DNA of 64,000 bases from Lingula anatina (taxonomy: Eukaryota; Animalia; Brachiopoda), in NCBI GenBank assembly GCA_051362555.1, contig CM120643.1, forward strand, positions 9,362,001 through 9,426,000, written 5' to 3'. The position numbers and the translations under genes were made by a program. Position 1 is the stretch's first letter, and each line of letters starts with the position of its first letter. Under the pieces are notes generated by a model. It made no database searches and was not told the origin of the DNA. It saw only the letters and a list, made by a program, of their open reading frames with translations. Shown one piece after another: positions 13,278 to 26,861 of this stretch.

Positions 13278-13403
13278 ATGGCGTGTAACTACTTGGTTGT
13301 GATATTTTGTGCCACGGCAGGGAAACAAGGGGAAGAGTTAGGGACGGACGAAGAACAGATTGTTTTGATTGTCTACCTATTGCTGGACATATCTAACAAT
13401 CGG
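13278..13403 (+). CDS. ESRP1: ESRP/fusilli coding exon 1 (DnaQ-like N-terminal domain)
   Basis: MACNYLVVIFCATAGKQGEELGTDEEQIVLIVYLLLDISNNR resembles the human ESRP1 N-terminus ([27 protein letters not shown]). Donor GTAAGT. Confidence 0.9.
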
Positions 13404-14261
13404 GTAAGTACCTTGAGTTCGGACTGAATCCCACGGGACTGGCCTCGCATATGTTACGATCTGTCACAAAGTCACGACCTCGTATAGTCTTAGGTGAAAT
13501 ACCGGTTTTACGTTTGTTGATCTCCCATTATAAAAGGTACACACAAAAGTTAAACACTACTGGCTATTCCTCGGCATCCGTGTAAATATAATACAGTTAA
13601 ATATTTTCGCAGTTAAGCCACACGATGGCAAACACGCTGAATGGCTTAGATCACCTTTCATATGAATTTAGATACCGTGTTCGGGATGAGACAAGTAAAA
13701 GAGGTCAACGTTTTTTTACGGTCGTAATATAGGTGCATGTTTCTATCTACAGTGTAGATGACACACCTTGAGTTAGTCAGTGTCATAGCGTCTCCTATTT
13801 TAACCTGAAATTTCTTTTCCTCTGTGTGTATTGCATACGTGCTACTGTACAGGTGGGGTTTCCTGGGCCTAGAATTTGTCTCTTAAACAAGACTGTCCTT
13901 CTGTCCTTTTTTAACATTCTTTGCTATTTAATGAATATTATCCCATCCCTTGATATGAACATGTACCGTTTTGCAGTCGGTCGTTAAGGTTTCTTAAACG
14001 TGCAAAAATGTCGCTTAAATAACGATGTCCCCTTAAAAGTGTCACATGTTTTATACAAGGTACCTTAATGTGAAATCGTGTCATTTTAAACTGGGGACAT
14101 CAGTCCCTTGTAGTTTGTCACTTTAACTGAGTAAATGACTCTCATAAAGCTCTCTTAAAGCTCTTAAAGCTCATCTCTCGCGATCAACAGGTGGTTTTAA
14201 ATGACCATTTCCTTTTAACTTTAACTTAAAACAGATAAAAAAATGCTTTTCTCTTCAACAG

Positions 14262-14405
14262 GTGGTTTCTCTCCAACACCAGTATGTCCGGCCGCAGGTG
14301 GACGACATTTCAGAGACAGTCCTCACTGAGGAATGCAAGACAGAAATAGATCTTAACGAAGACAGCATCAGGAACGCTCAGCCCTTAGAGCAAGTCCTTG
14401 ACGAG
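14262..14405 (+). CDS. ESRP1: ESRP exon 2
   Basis: VVSLQHQYVRPQ...LTEECKTEIDLNEDSIRNAQPLEQVLDE, compared with ESRP1 LVRPDQLELTEDCKEET...LDQAL. AG/GTAAGA boundaries, phase 0/0. Confidence 0.92.
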
Positions 14406-17400
14406 GTAAGAATGCACCCTGTCGGACAAACGTCTAATTATTTAATGTAAATTTATTCAGTGGTCCTGAGTCTCATGTCATTGTAGGTCCAGCTGTTAAA
14501 CGTATGTGTGCAATTTGTGATGGGTGTTTTACATTAATGGCTACAGATACTATTTTTTATGTAGATGACTTGTGTTTCATGCAGTATCAGTTATATTTAT
14601 TCAATCGACCTGACTGTGTGGATTTATTTGTCGCGTGCAACATTTTCTTGTGATAAAGGGCCACTTGATTACGATGATTCTTACGAAAAAATATTTATGG
14701 TGTTATTGCAGAAATAGTGCAGTCCAAGGTGACGTGGCGTATTTTAATTCCCATGCTTTGTCAAACTTGTCCTGTAATATTTATGATTCGTTTATAATTT
14801 TCATAGTGATTTAACTGATAGTGAGACTGGGTGCATAGCACATTAAAAACTCAGCAAAATTGAATATCTCGCGCTTAAATATATGCGTGTGTTCCATATA
14901 CTTAAATGGGACTTCATTCCCCGTCCTAGATGGCACAGTTGATACATATTTGTGTCGGTGCTTAGCACGCATCGGTTACTCATTACAATGAGTTAAGGCT
15001 GCACGCTTTTTCAACCTTTTAAGTTGTTTGGTGTGGTGTGCCCTCTCCCATTGTGCACTCTCAATGGCGGAATGTTGCCTCAGAAAGCAGAAAGATTGTC
15101 AAGTGTTACAGCTGATACGAAGACCGACTTTTAGAGAGGGGTCGTAAAACGCGGCCCGGTACAAACCCAGACATTGTGTTGCTGTTTCAAGTGCAAACGA
15201 GGTGTTATCGTCAAGTGTGATCGTAAATGCTTAGCGCGACCAAGTCGTCCAAATACGCTCTACGCACAATATACATTTATTCCTGTTTAGCATTTATAAT
15301 GTATATTACTCATATGTATATTCTGGTGCTCTGCCTGAAGGTAGCTGAATAATTCATGCAGCGAAAGTCGTCCACGTTTACTTAGATTGTGTGATTTTTC
15401 TAGTCGCATATTACACGCTGAGTGGCTGTTTTATCTTTGTTATTACGTTCGTACTTTTATAAGGAAGATTCCAATACGAATCACACGTCTACTTTAATTC
15501 CTGTCTAACGTTAGCGCTATACATTACTCATATGCAAAATCCAGGGTCGTTTTGCCTTTGGGAAACTGATGGCTATCACCAAGCTGGGCCGTCCACATAT
15601 GAAGAGGCCCACTTTCAGTCCGCTTTCACGCTGAGACTATATATCCCTCATATATTAACTCGAGGGACAATTTCCACAGGTAGTTACAATATAATGTCCT
15701 GGATTCCAAATAGGCTTATTACCACTCGCCACTTATTGTCCGGTCTCTGGGGGTGATTTTCCTGAACAACAGGTAGCTTCTGTATTGGAAACTCGGAAAG
15801 AAGAGTCTTCCCAATAAAAAGCACGGCACGAATTGTAGAATAGGTTATCAGTTTATTGCCTTAATTGAAATTGTCTTATGTAAAATCATTGATATAGAAA
15901 AAGTTATTTGGAGAAAAAATATGGATGAAAACGTACTTAAGAATTTCGTACATTTAAATATGAAAGTAAAGTTCTAGCAAATGTCACTTCGTGATGAACT
16001 AGAAACCAGCACTTTAAATGTTCTTTCCTTGGTTGAGTAGCTTGGCTAAAGGAGATATACACACCGATTAATATAACTCGCGTTCTCAGGTGGCCAAGCG
16101 TTTCAGCAGCTCAACGACGCGACTGGGTTCATTTATGTAGGTCATTTGAGATTCCGTCAGATTAGAGCCACTAAGAAAGGTGTACAACAAGAAGACGATC
16201 CTTCGCCGAAGTGCAACGCATCTTTGTTTACTTTAGATTGACCACGGCTCTCAGACGATCCAGGTGTAAAAATGGCGGTCCTTTTCAAAGACTTAATTAA
16301 GGGCCCCTTTTCATTGTACACAAGGCTTGGATGCCAGGCCTCAAGTGCTTTGACTTGACGAAACCAGTGTCCACTCAATAATTAGAGAAAAATAGAACTA
16401 ATTAGCGGCTGACTCAGGTATCTTGATCGATGATAATGAGGATGAAGATCACAGACAGACATCCCTTGTGTTAATGTGGGCCGGTGTCTCTATTACCATT
16501 ACTCATGTTCGTTATCAGATCTATTTCAACGTCCCATTGTTGGTCTGTATTACAGGGTGCATAGTTGAGCCTTTATTTTATGGTTGTCTGGTAAATTATG
16601 CATTGTTTTTTACCCTGCTTAAAGACATCACCGACTCGCCACCTGGTTAGATAGACCAGCGCTCTCTCTGATAAGAGAATATAAAGAATAACGTGTAGCC
16701 ATATTTGCACGAAATGAAAAACCAGTTTTTAAATGTCACAGTTGTGTGACAAATGTGGCCGAATATGTCTCGAGTTTACATCTGAAAATGTAAGGATTGG
16801 ATAACAGCACGTTTCAGTTATAGAAGATATTCAGCCAAGTCGATTTTATACTCTAACACTGAAAGTATTTATGACGCGATAGAGACTATGTATCAACATA
16901 TTGTCTAAGGACCCGTTTGTGGTTTCTGCACACACCTCGCACTGTACAAAAATAGATATGGCTTCTCCGTTCGGTGTAAGTTTCAGTGCATAAATGGAAG
17001 TCTCATAAATGTGACAGTTCACGTGTAAGACCCGTACCTTGCCTCATCAGTCAGTCACTCATATCTTAAAACTCCCACGATTACGACAAGCGACAATTAT
17101 AAATGGACAATGGGTGACGGCATTCTCCAGGTGACGGATACATGTCACGTGTCACATGGCACCACTGACTGGGGTGACACTGACAGAAGTTTGTTTTAAA
17201 CTTTACATTTGTTCGAAATGGACATTTGATACTTTATCTTCCCCTTCCCCTCTTCCAAAAGCCGCTCGATCACTTTAAAAAACAACAGTACTTGATTCAA
17301 ATCACTGCAATCGAAGGTTTTGAATAACAATGATAATCTCTCACTTCAGTGTATCTTTATTTTCATCACATGTTCACTTTGCCACGTCAAAAGGATTCCA

Positions 17401-17711
17401 CATGGTTTCTGAAAACCTGTTGAAAACTAGATAAAAATGATAATAAAAAATATTATATTATATATAGATTTGCAATATTATTCATACGTTTTGACAACTT
17501 ATGCATTATTTAATATAGCATCATAATGTGCCCGTTGAATTACTGCATCATAATTTCTCTTTTCAGTTCAAGGGTAATTATGTCCAGACAGGTAAAACAG
17601 CCTTACTGTATCCACATATGTAAACAAACTTTCTGGTTAAGCACTAGAATCTACATTGAACTGTCTTGCCATCAGTTTTTTAAAAATATGTTCGTTTTCA
17701 TTTTTTTGCAG

Positions 17712-17937
17712 TTCGACCGGTTTATCAAGACAAAAGGCTGTCACCCGGAATCAGGAGGGAACAGTTTCACTTTCGTTTGTGACGGACAGCTGCATTTTCG
17801 CCTCAGTCTTCACCCAGAAGCGTGCAATAAAAACATTACTCTCCCAGACTATTTCTACCGTTTCTATGACTTAAGGAAAGAATTTAAGACCTTCTACAAG
17901 ACGGAGAATATCAATGGAATCAAGGACATGCTTGAAT
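17712..17937 (+). CDS. ESRP1: ESRP exon 3
   Basis: [35 protein letters not shown], compared with ESRP1 [35 protein letters not shown]. Ends at the U12 donor GTATCCTTT. Confidence 0.93.
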
Positions 17938-19444
17938 GTATCCTTTTTTGTTTTGAAATTGCCATTTTATTTTTGCTGTTCAAGGTTGCATCCTGTGCAA
18001 AAATCACAAAATATAAGGTAAGGCCTTTAAACCTGATGGAAAGATATCTAAACTTTACAAACAGAAAATGTCATTTTATATGTATCGTATTGTTTTTACA
18101 TCTGTAAAGCTAACTCAAGATTTATGGTTATGCACGAAATTGCCATCTAAGATTTTCAAATCTGCGCTTGAGTTAACGTGTTGCATGTTAAAGTGCATGT
18201 GCATATATGGTATCTGAAAATTTCATGGAGTCAGCTTAAACACACCCTGTCCTAAAGTCGTGATGTATGCATTTGGGATTTTATAATTGCTACACCCATA
18301 TGAAGCTGACAACTTTCAAAATACTGTATTATTTAGAACCAGCTGCTGCAACAGGCGACGTTTTAAAAGGTAGGCTCATTGCTACATAATTCATTTACAA
18401 AATAGAAAAAAAGAGCAACGCGACAGCCATCATCTTGCAAATCCCACATACAACCCTGCGGTCTTTTCAAAGTGCACAAATGCGGACCCATTCTTTATGT
18501 GTGAGGACCCAAATATGGATATTGAACGGAAATCCCATACTACATACTGGTATATTCACCATCCGTTTTTAAGGCCCCAACGGTGCCACCTATGAGGAGT
18601 CGGGCCCCGAATAAGAATATTGTAACCTTGAATAGGATGTGGGTTCTTTAACGACGAATGCTGCGAACCAGCAATGATAATTTGATGGCGGACGTCGTCG
18701 TTTATAAATATGAATATTCAGCTGTCGTCCTCGACATTTTCAAAAACTGGATGCAGAATTGAAATGACACGGCCGAAGCGGCATTATCATAAGTTATCAT
18801 TTCTAAATGTAACTGATGACGTTTGGGGAAGTTCTTCTTTCTATTTTTTATTGGGTGCAGCGACCATTGTCAAATGGACCTACATTTAAGCAGAATTATT
18901 CATATGCAGAATGCCCATAAGTTGACTTATGTGATCTTTACTAGTACATATAAGGGTTTGCAAGTGGATAAAATGTTTTTTTTTCGTTGAATCTATTGCT
19001 CTGTGGTTTTTTTTATCCGAAAGAGGTAAAATACAGTGCTTCTTCTTCTCTGGGAGATTTGACGAGAATGGACTATTTTCCTTAATGATTCCCTGAAATA
19101 TGATGTCTTTAAATGGACAACAAAATTTTATGTATCAATTCTTTAACAAAATGGTCTTCTCAGTGAAACAGCACTGTCACTAGAGAGCATAAAAACAATT
19201 CGGGGCATGCCTTAATAATTTGCATAAACCTTAAATGGACGTCTACATAACAAAATACATGACTCTAAAGCCGAGAAATGGCACACGAGCCATTTCAGGC
19301 CTATTAAGGAATAGCTATGTACATATCCCTCAAAAGGTCTTTCTGTTAAATAGCTGTGTTGCCAGCGTGCATTTTGCTGTATCCTAGGAATGGTGAAAAT
19401 ACGGGTAAATTAATCATATCCTTGTCATATCCGCAGAGAACAGA

Positions 19445-19590
19445 ATCAATAGACTCTAGGATTGCTATATTATTGTTGCCGTGAGATTCACATCCTGGGA
19501 GAAGTGGATATTTACACGCACGCTTGTGAAAGAGGGCGCGGTGGCAGCATGTGACCGGCGCTTATTTAATGCCCTCTACCAGGGTGGCAG

Positions 19591-19630
<40 letters not shown>
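19445..19630 (+). mobile_element. Probable SINE/LINE 3' end with (AAT)n tail
   Basis: GC-richer stretch ending ggcgcttatttaatg... followed by (AAT)n at 19594-19630, resembling CR1/L2-derived tails. The left boundary is unknown. Confidence 0.35.
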
Positions 19631-22600
19631 TTTTTATTGAGCCCTAAAATGTTTCAGTACATTTTGCAGGCCCTCTAAACTACTTGTGTTATACATACAT
19701 GTAATATATATCTAGACCTATTATCCCACTTATGTGATATAACAGGGAAATCTTTAAAAAGCCAGAGAACCATATGACCTTGTGAAAAACCAATCTGTCG
19801 CCGTGGTAGAGGGTATTTATTTAACACAGATGGTCTATGATGATGAGGGGGGGGGGGCTTTTTTCCTGAATGATTCCTAGGAATATAGATAGTCTATTAT
19901 CAAATCTATTCATTCGATATTGTCCAATTTGGTGCCTTGAAATATGAAAACTTGAATTAGACTAGAGCGGAGTTCTGTTTTAAAAGGGTTAGGGGTGAAT
20001 CTGACTTATTGTGTTATGTCGTAATCTAAGCATGCTAAGGTTTAAGTTGGGTTCTTCTAAACACAAGCTGAAATTATGAACGTCTGTAGTGGGAGAGAGT
20101 CGATACATACCATCAGGGGACTGGATAAGGCGTTTGACTTTGGATCGTTCTGCGTTAAAAGTATTTATTTCAAGGCTAAACATATCACTGAATTGCGTTT
20201 AACTTATCTGCGGATTTTTTCAGTTGTTATCCAAATGGTATGTACTTTAGGCCTATGAAATTGCAAAGAATGTGATAAAAAAAGGTGTCAGGGACTTGTT
20301 GCATGATGGTCTTGTTTAAAAGCATGACGGGGGAACCTAAATCTCATATCTATGGAAATTCATGTACATAATGGCTTTGCAAGGGAAGTAAAACAAGGCA
20401 GATTACTTCACTCGCGCTAAAAGTGATGTATCTTTTGCATCTCTCTAGGCTAGCTCTTCTTCAATCTTTTATCATACAACATCATTTGAAGATTATCTGC
20501 TTGAATTTTGCATGAAAACATCCATTTTCTCGAACTGATACGCCGTCATGATATGCTATCTTTCCTGGTCTCTGTTATGGCTAAAGAAAGGGGTCAATGG
20601 AAAATGTCCCCGTAAAGTGGACAATGTATCTCTAATGCTTTTAGTTCAATATTCCCTTGTCTTTTTCATGTTATTTTCATGGGAACATCACGTTGCCATA
20701 AATAATCTATTTACACTGTTGTCATTGGATTTAAAGCTGTGGCGAGTGGCGAGTCCAACAGTGAGCTTATCACAGTTCTAATGTACAGTGATTTTAGGCT
20801 AAGAATTTGCTTCTTTATATTTAAAAAATACATTTCACGTTTTTTAAGTCTGCCATACTTGACAAGACAGAAATTTGGTAAAATACCCATGTGATGATAT
20901 CTTTGCAAACATTTCCGATAATGAAGTCGTAACTTTTCCCTTACTAAACTTTGCCAGCAATTGAGTTTATCATAATGTCTAACCATTAGGATCTTTGGAG
21001 AATAAAAGTTCTTCCTTTTATTTGACGTTGCCATGACGTTTTCCCCCCTCATCACACAGGTATATGTATCAGAACTGAGGAAAGCAGACGTACCGTAACG
21101 TGCATTTTAGCATTACACGTGAAATAATTACGTCCCGAATTACGCACTGTAACGTCTTTGATTATTTTTCTGTTTAGTGGCAGATATGAAATAAAAAAAC
21201 AATCGGTTAATTCAGTGTCTCCCACCGCAGTAGCTCCTCGTAATGGAACGCATTAATGGAATGTTACATGTTTCACTTCATAACGGTCTAGAAGTGCTGT
21301 GTATTTGTTACCGAAACGTAATTCGAAAGGAATATCCTCAGCCTATGTAACTGATATACGAACAAGGTCCTCGTGTAATGATAAAAAGATTGAGCGGGTT
21401 ATTCCATTTTTGCGTGCGAACACCCGAGACAGTTGCAAAACAGTCTGAAGACTGTCAGGACTTGAAAATTAATTTTCGTTGGGATCAATGTACATATTTT
21501 TCTTTTTTGACGGATAGACGTCGTCTGTCTCCGATATAGCCTTAAATCATCCAACGCTTTCTTGTAAATAGTGGTTTGTTCTGTTTACCCCAGTCTAGAA
21601 TAAATACTTCTGGAAAATAAATATATACATAGATTAATGAATAAACGAAGAAATAGTTGAACAAATAAATAGTTAAGGAATTGTACAGGTAAATAAATTG
21701 ATTTAATAATGACAATAAGGGAATCACCCCCCCCCCCCCCCTTAACACATTCTATGTCTTTAACTCTCTTTCCTCCCGCCTTTCCTCTATTGCTGAATAT
21801 TTCTCTCCAACGGGACACTTGATTGTCGGTTCACGTCTAGATAATTTGAAATACAATTATCGTTAATAATTTGATATTTGCGGCAAACGGATATTCATAC
21901 GTTATCTCGGTCTCGTGAATTATATCTTACATCCTTCATTTCTAGAACATGCAATCAGCATTATCCCGTGATTAGACGCTACATCTTTTCCATAATAGGT
22001 CTGAGTAAGACAGAAACTTATCATCTTCACCTGAAATATCCGGTTGATGTAAGACTTATCATACCTTATATACAGTCCAAGTGACTTATGTAGGTTTAAG
22101 CAGCAAAATAAACACAAAGGTAAAAAATAAGTAATGCATTTATCTTTCTTAGAACACAAACTGGATCAGACAATGAAAATGTTTTTTATGATTACCTTGA
22201 ATATTAACCATTTTGATAAAATGCAAAACACCTGCTTGCAAGCAAACGGGGGCCTCATGAAATGGGCTTCATGGAAGCAGGGCGTATGTCTTCTCTATCT
22301 TGCTCACTAGCTTAGGGTGAATAAAAAAACATGATCTTGCTTTTTTTTTTTGCAAAATTTTCTCCGCCAAGGTGATACAGCTGTGTAGAAGTTACAACAA
22401 ACATGCCATTGTAATGTGCAGATAGTTAGATGCGGAGAGATATCATGTTATAGACCCGCCCTGGCCTCAGCTACCATCCCCAGCTTTGACAACAAAAGAA
22501 TAAAAAAACACACTGCGTAAACAAACGGCAACTCATTGGTAATAACCCGTATACACCCCACTTATATTTATCATATCCTTCAAATTGAGTTTCAAATGGC

Positions 22601-25248
22601 TCATTATTGATACACTTCCCACTGTTGTCTTACACAGGCACCCTTTTGTTTTATGGGAAGGATGGCAAGGTGCTTGGCCAGTTTATACAGGCTGTTTATT
22701 ATACTGGCCGTCATCACATGCCTGTCACAGCTGTCGGTGTGGTTTACTGAATTTATGGTCATTTTTCTTTCCTTAGGGTCGGTCTGTATATGTAAACGTA
22801 TTGATAGTAGTAGTGGTCTCAGCTGTAGCTTCCTGGGTCTGTTGTTTATCGGGTTGGGAGGGCCATTAAGATCAAAATCAACGACAAAAGTTGTTCCAAT
22901 TTGGAAAATATTTCGTAAAGAGTATTTCAATATAGAGGATTAATGTTGGCAGATAATTATTTGGCTTTGAAAAGAATCAAAAATAGACAATTGTGACTAG
23001 TCTTTTGTCCATTTTTTTTCATTTTTACTGTACTCAAGGCTTAATACTGTCCTTCACGCGATATTCATTTTTTGTGTCTTTCATATACAACTATAGATTG
23101 ATAAAAACATGCAACAGGTTGGCCATTATCTTTGTAAAACAGACACGGCAAACGTCTGTCCTGAACCAAATATAAAGACGGGGACCTTAGCTATCGTACA
23201 ACGTTTATTTTTACTTTAACCTAGAAATGTGATAATGTACATTGCTAAATAGCTGGGTGTAAATGACAACGCCATCAAAACGCTGCCTATTTTTTGTCAC
23301 CCTTTCCGGTATTGTTGACCTTGTTTCACCCTTTTTGGCCAGTGACCGTAACTTTATGAACGATTAATTTTGTTTACCATGTCAGATATTTTGCTTAAAT
23401 GACATATTTTGACTTATAAACCAGGAAAGAAAGACTAGTTTATTGACACAATATATATCAATGTCTGTTTATCTGTTATTTTTACGAGATCATTCATCAT
23501 CAACCACAGCAATGAGGAAGATGTCAGATGACTCGTGCTGTAATTTTACCAATTAAGTATAGTCTACTTTTGACTTTTTGTTCACTTGATTGTAGCCAGT
23601 TTATTTGATCTGAGACCAAATAAAGAAAATATATAATTAGAGAAGTCTCAGAGATTTCCTTTGCACACTAAGGGGGCGGTGGCCCTTTTTTTCCAAACAA
23701 AGAACATTTGAGGAAAAAAAACGACTTGTTTATTTCATTTTTCAACCAACCGCGTTGCGTGTTACATGTCCGCTCGGAACAGTTTTGGTGATTCAAAAAT
23801 CCACATTTTCATAATAGATGATCGTGTAGACGTTCTTCATTATAATGAATTCAAAAACGATCTTGTACACTGATAGGGTATATATTTGATTTAACGAACG
23901 TGTAGGGTATGTGAAATGGAGAGAGTTACAAGAATGCAGTGAAGGCTCGACTGTATGGCCATTGTGGGGCAAGGTACATTTGATGAAAATGAAAAATGTT
24001 TTGACCGCCTTGATCAGCCCACTGCATTGTCTTTTTTTTTTGTCACATCGGTAACGCTCACGCTATTCTATTCTATTCGACTGAACGTAACCTTTGTTTC
24101 TGGTAAATTGTTTCATGGGTTCGTATACTGTATGCTATCATGAAATGTCATGTGTTTAGCAAAATTACATTTTTATATTTTTCGTTATAGTAGTACAAGG
24201 AATTGTTTACCAAGCCATATTTTTTTTGCAGTGATATTAGTTATACAGTCTCTGCTTAAATTGTACTTCGTTAATCAGCACAAGTCACATTCTTTTTGTA
24301 TTTTCAATTACTTTATTACTTTATTGGTTAAGATTTGACCCTTTTTTTCACATAGGTTTGCAAACGGCGTCTGATATAGTTTACTTTGGTATGTAAAACT
24401 CGCATTTTACTTAAACTGCTGGACCTGCTTGTAGTGGAAGACCACGCCCTCTATCCTCCAGAAACAATTAATGAACGCATCTTTCTGATGATACAGGTGG
24501 TTTTTTCCATGCAAGCTGTCCGAATTGATGCACGATGATAATGATCAAAAATACATGATCAAAAACCACATGATCAAAAGGAATATGTGACTATTTTTGT
24601 CTTTGATCATTCACACAATAAAACGTCTCTCTCTCATTCTCAGTAATTATTGATAAGAGCAGTTGAATGAATAGCTAATGTCACTTTCCTTTAATTAAGA
24701 CTCGTGTGTTCACAGTTATTTAACAATAAACACCAAAGAGTCATTCAAAAGATTTTCCTTTCCGGGATGATTGATGGCAATTAGAGCAATTGACCTCGGG
24801 TTTGATAATGTCCTTGTACCATTGTGGTCTATTTTAGTTTCATTTGAAACATAACTTGAGTCATTACCATCGAACTCAACATCCGCAGATTTTCCTTTTT
24901 TTAAATAATTCATGAATAACGAGAATTTAACTCGCGTCTAATGTCATCGACGTGTAATTTTTTAAACAAAACACACCGAATGTTTAATCAGATCATTTGT
25001 TTTGGGCAGTGATTCATAAGTATCGGTTTCAATGAAAAAATATCTGAACAGTCATTCAAAAGTTTCTATGAGATGCTATGAGATAATTACCGTTCACCTA
25101 TGATACCCATTCCTATCATTTTAACCATTTGTGCCGTAGCCATTGCATACATTTAGTCAGGCTGATTTGGAGCGTTTGTATTTCGACCCTAGATCGATCT
25201 AGTGTATTGTTGATTGCATAACTGGATGAGATACCAATGCCAGTGGAG

Positions 25249-25254
<6 letters not shown>

Positions 25255-25302
<48 letters not shown>

Positions 25303-26861
25303 TTTATGTATTAAATTTATCATCGATTTTGGACCGTGACTAGTGCACACAAGTAAGCTGTGTGTCAACACGTCACTTAATGGAGCATCATCTCAGAAAG
25401 TTATCTCTTGCTCAATGGGGCCTCAACATCTGGTCAAGACTTTTCATGGTCCACCATTGTTAATTTTCTCGGTGACAGTTGGATTCCAGGAGCTGACAAA
25501 GTGTCTGTGCGGGTGGGGGTCTAAAGGAAATTGGTTTCGGAGAATATCGCCTGCCGTGTTGCGTTTCTGCGCCTGGCAAGATAAGCTTTGTTACGTTGAT
25601 TATTGATTGAGGCAATGGGCGTAATCACTTAGGATTGTTGTATTGAGTTGTCAGATAAGCTCATTGGCTCTCTTCTCCCTCGATTTACTTCGTTCCCTCC
25701 TTCCATCCCTACCCCAACACCGCGGCTTTCAACAACTTCTAATGTTCACCAAAATCTCTCTGACGAAACCAATGTATTTTCTCACAGGCCATGCGATCCA
25801 TCACTTTGGTTTGTCAAGGCATGTCCTCGGAAGGTTGGTTTTCAATGGAACAAGGTTCTAGTGTGATCTAGACCTTGGGGGTCTGTCATGGTCAGAGGTT
25901 TTAGGGGTTGTGGGTTCGTCATGGTCGGTTAGTGGTGGGTGAATTAGGTTAGAATAGTTATCTTTAGAGAGCTGTATGTATGTCACGTTCAAATGTAAGT
26001 TGGTGTCAGCAACAATGGTGTCCAACATGGTAGTGTTGTTTATGATGTCATTGAAATTAAAATGACGCCCAAAGACAAAGACTTCCCCAGAAACTCCGTT
26101 CGTAATTCAAGGGCAGAAAGTGGGCATTGGTCTATTCTTAAATCGGAGACCGGCTTCGCGATGACATCGTAGTTGTGCAAAATTCTTCACAGGAAAAAAA
26201 ATGTGCACAGCCAGTGAATAACCAGGAAAAACATATGTTAATATCTAGTGAACTTATCCCCTCTGTGGCCCTGGTAGAGGGTGGGGTCGGTCCGTTAATA
26301 ATGGGACTGTTGCCCCCTGTCATATGTCACGGGAATTTCTTATGATGACACGTCGTTAGAGCTACAGGGAAGGAATAGTTACGTGGCTAAGGGCCTTCGG
26401 GATGAACCCCCAACAACTTTTAAAATGTTGATGATGATTGCGATCATTATCTATACATCTGATATTTTTTATTACAAGTCTTTAATATACATTAACACTT
26501 CTTAATCACCTCACGGCAATTTCTGGTAGTTAACCTATTAGCGTCTAAAGGGACACAGATATGATATTCCCGGTCCTCTTCGTGCTTGGTTATGTTTGGC
26601 GGTATTTCAGACGGTAATATGACATTATATAAAAGTCGATACTAAATTGTTTTTGATCGGAACTCGCAAAACACACATTAAGGAGCATGTGCTACTCTTT
26701 CGCGGCGTGTCAAGAAGCTTAAGATAAGGGATATGACGATAACATGGCCGATTACGTCGACCTGGCGGCTGTTATCTGTCTTCCATATGTTGCGTTCTCT
26801 CGTCTGCCGTGATCTCCTGATCGCGGTGCTGTCCTCTCTCTCTCTCACTCTCTCTCTCTCT
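25255..26861 (-). mobile_element. Degenerate insert bracketed by two (TC)n tracts
   Basis: (TC)n at 25255-25298 and 26834-26861 flank a GC-richer block containing stop-interrupted minus-strand frames. Family not recognised. Confidence 0.35.

Noticed and set aside
17526-18107. 193-aa ORF as a stand-alone gene
   Set aside because: Only 17712-17937 is ESRP-homologous; the rest is open intronic flank.
19841-21054. Possible MITE with TGATGAGGGGGG inverted ends
   Set aside because: The match is only about 12 bp, mostly a G-run, with no TSD; boundaries are unsupported.
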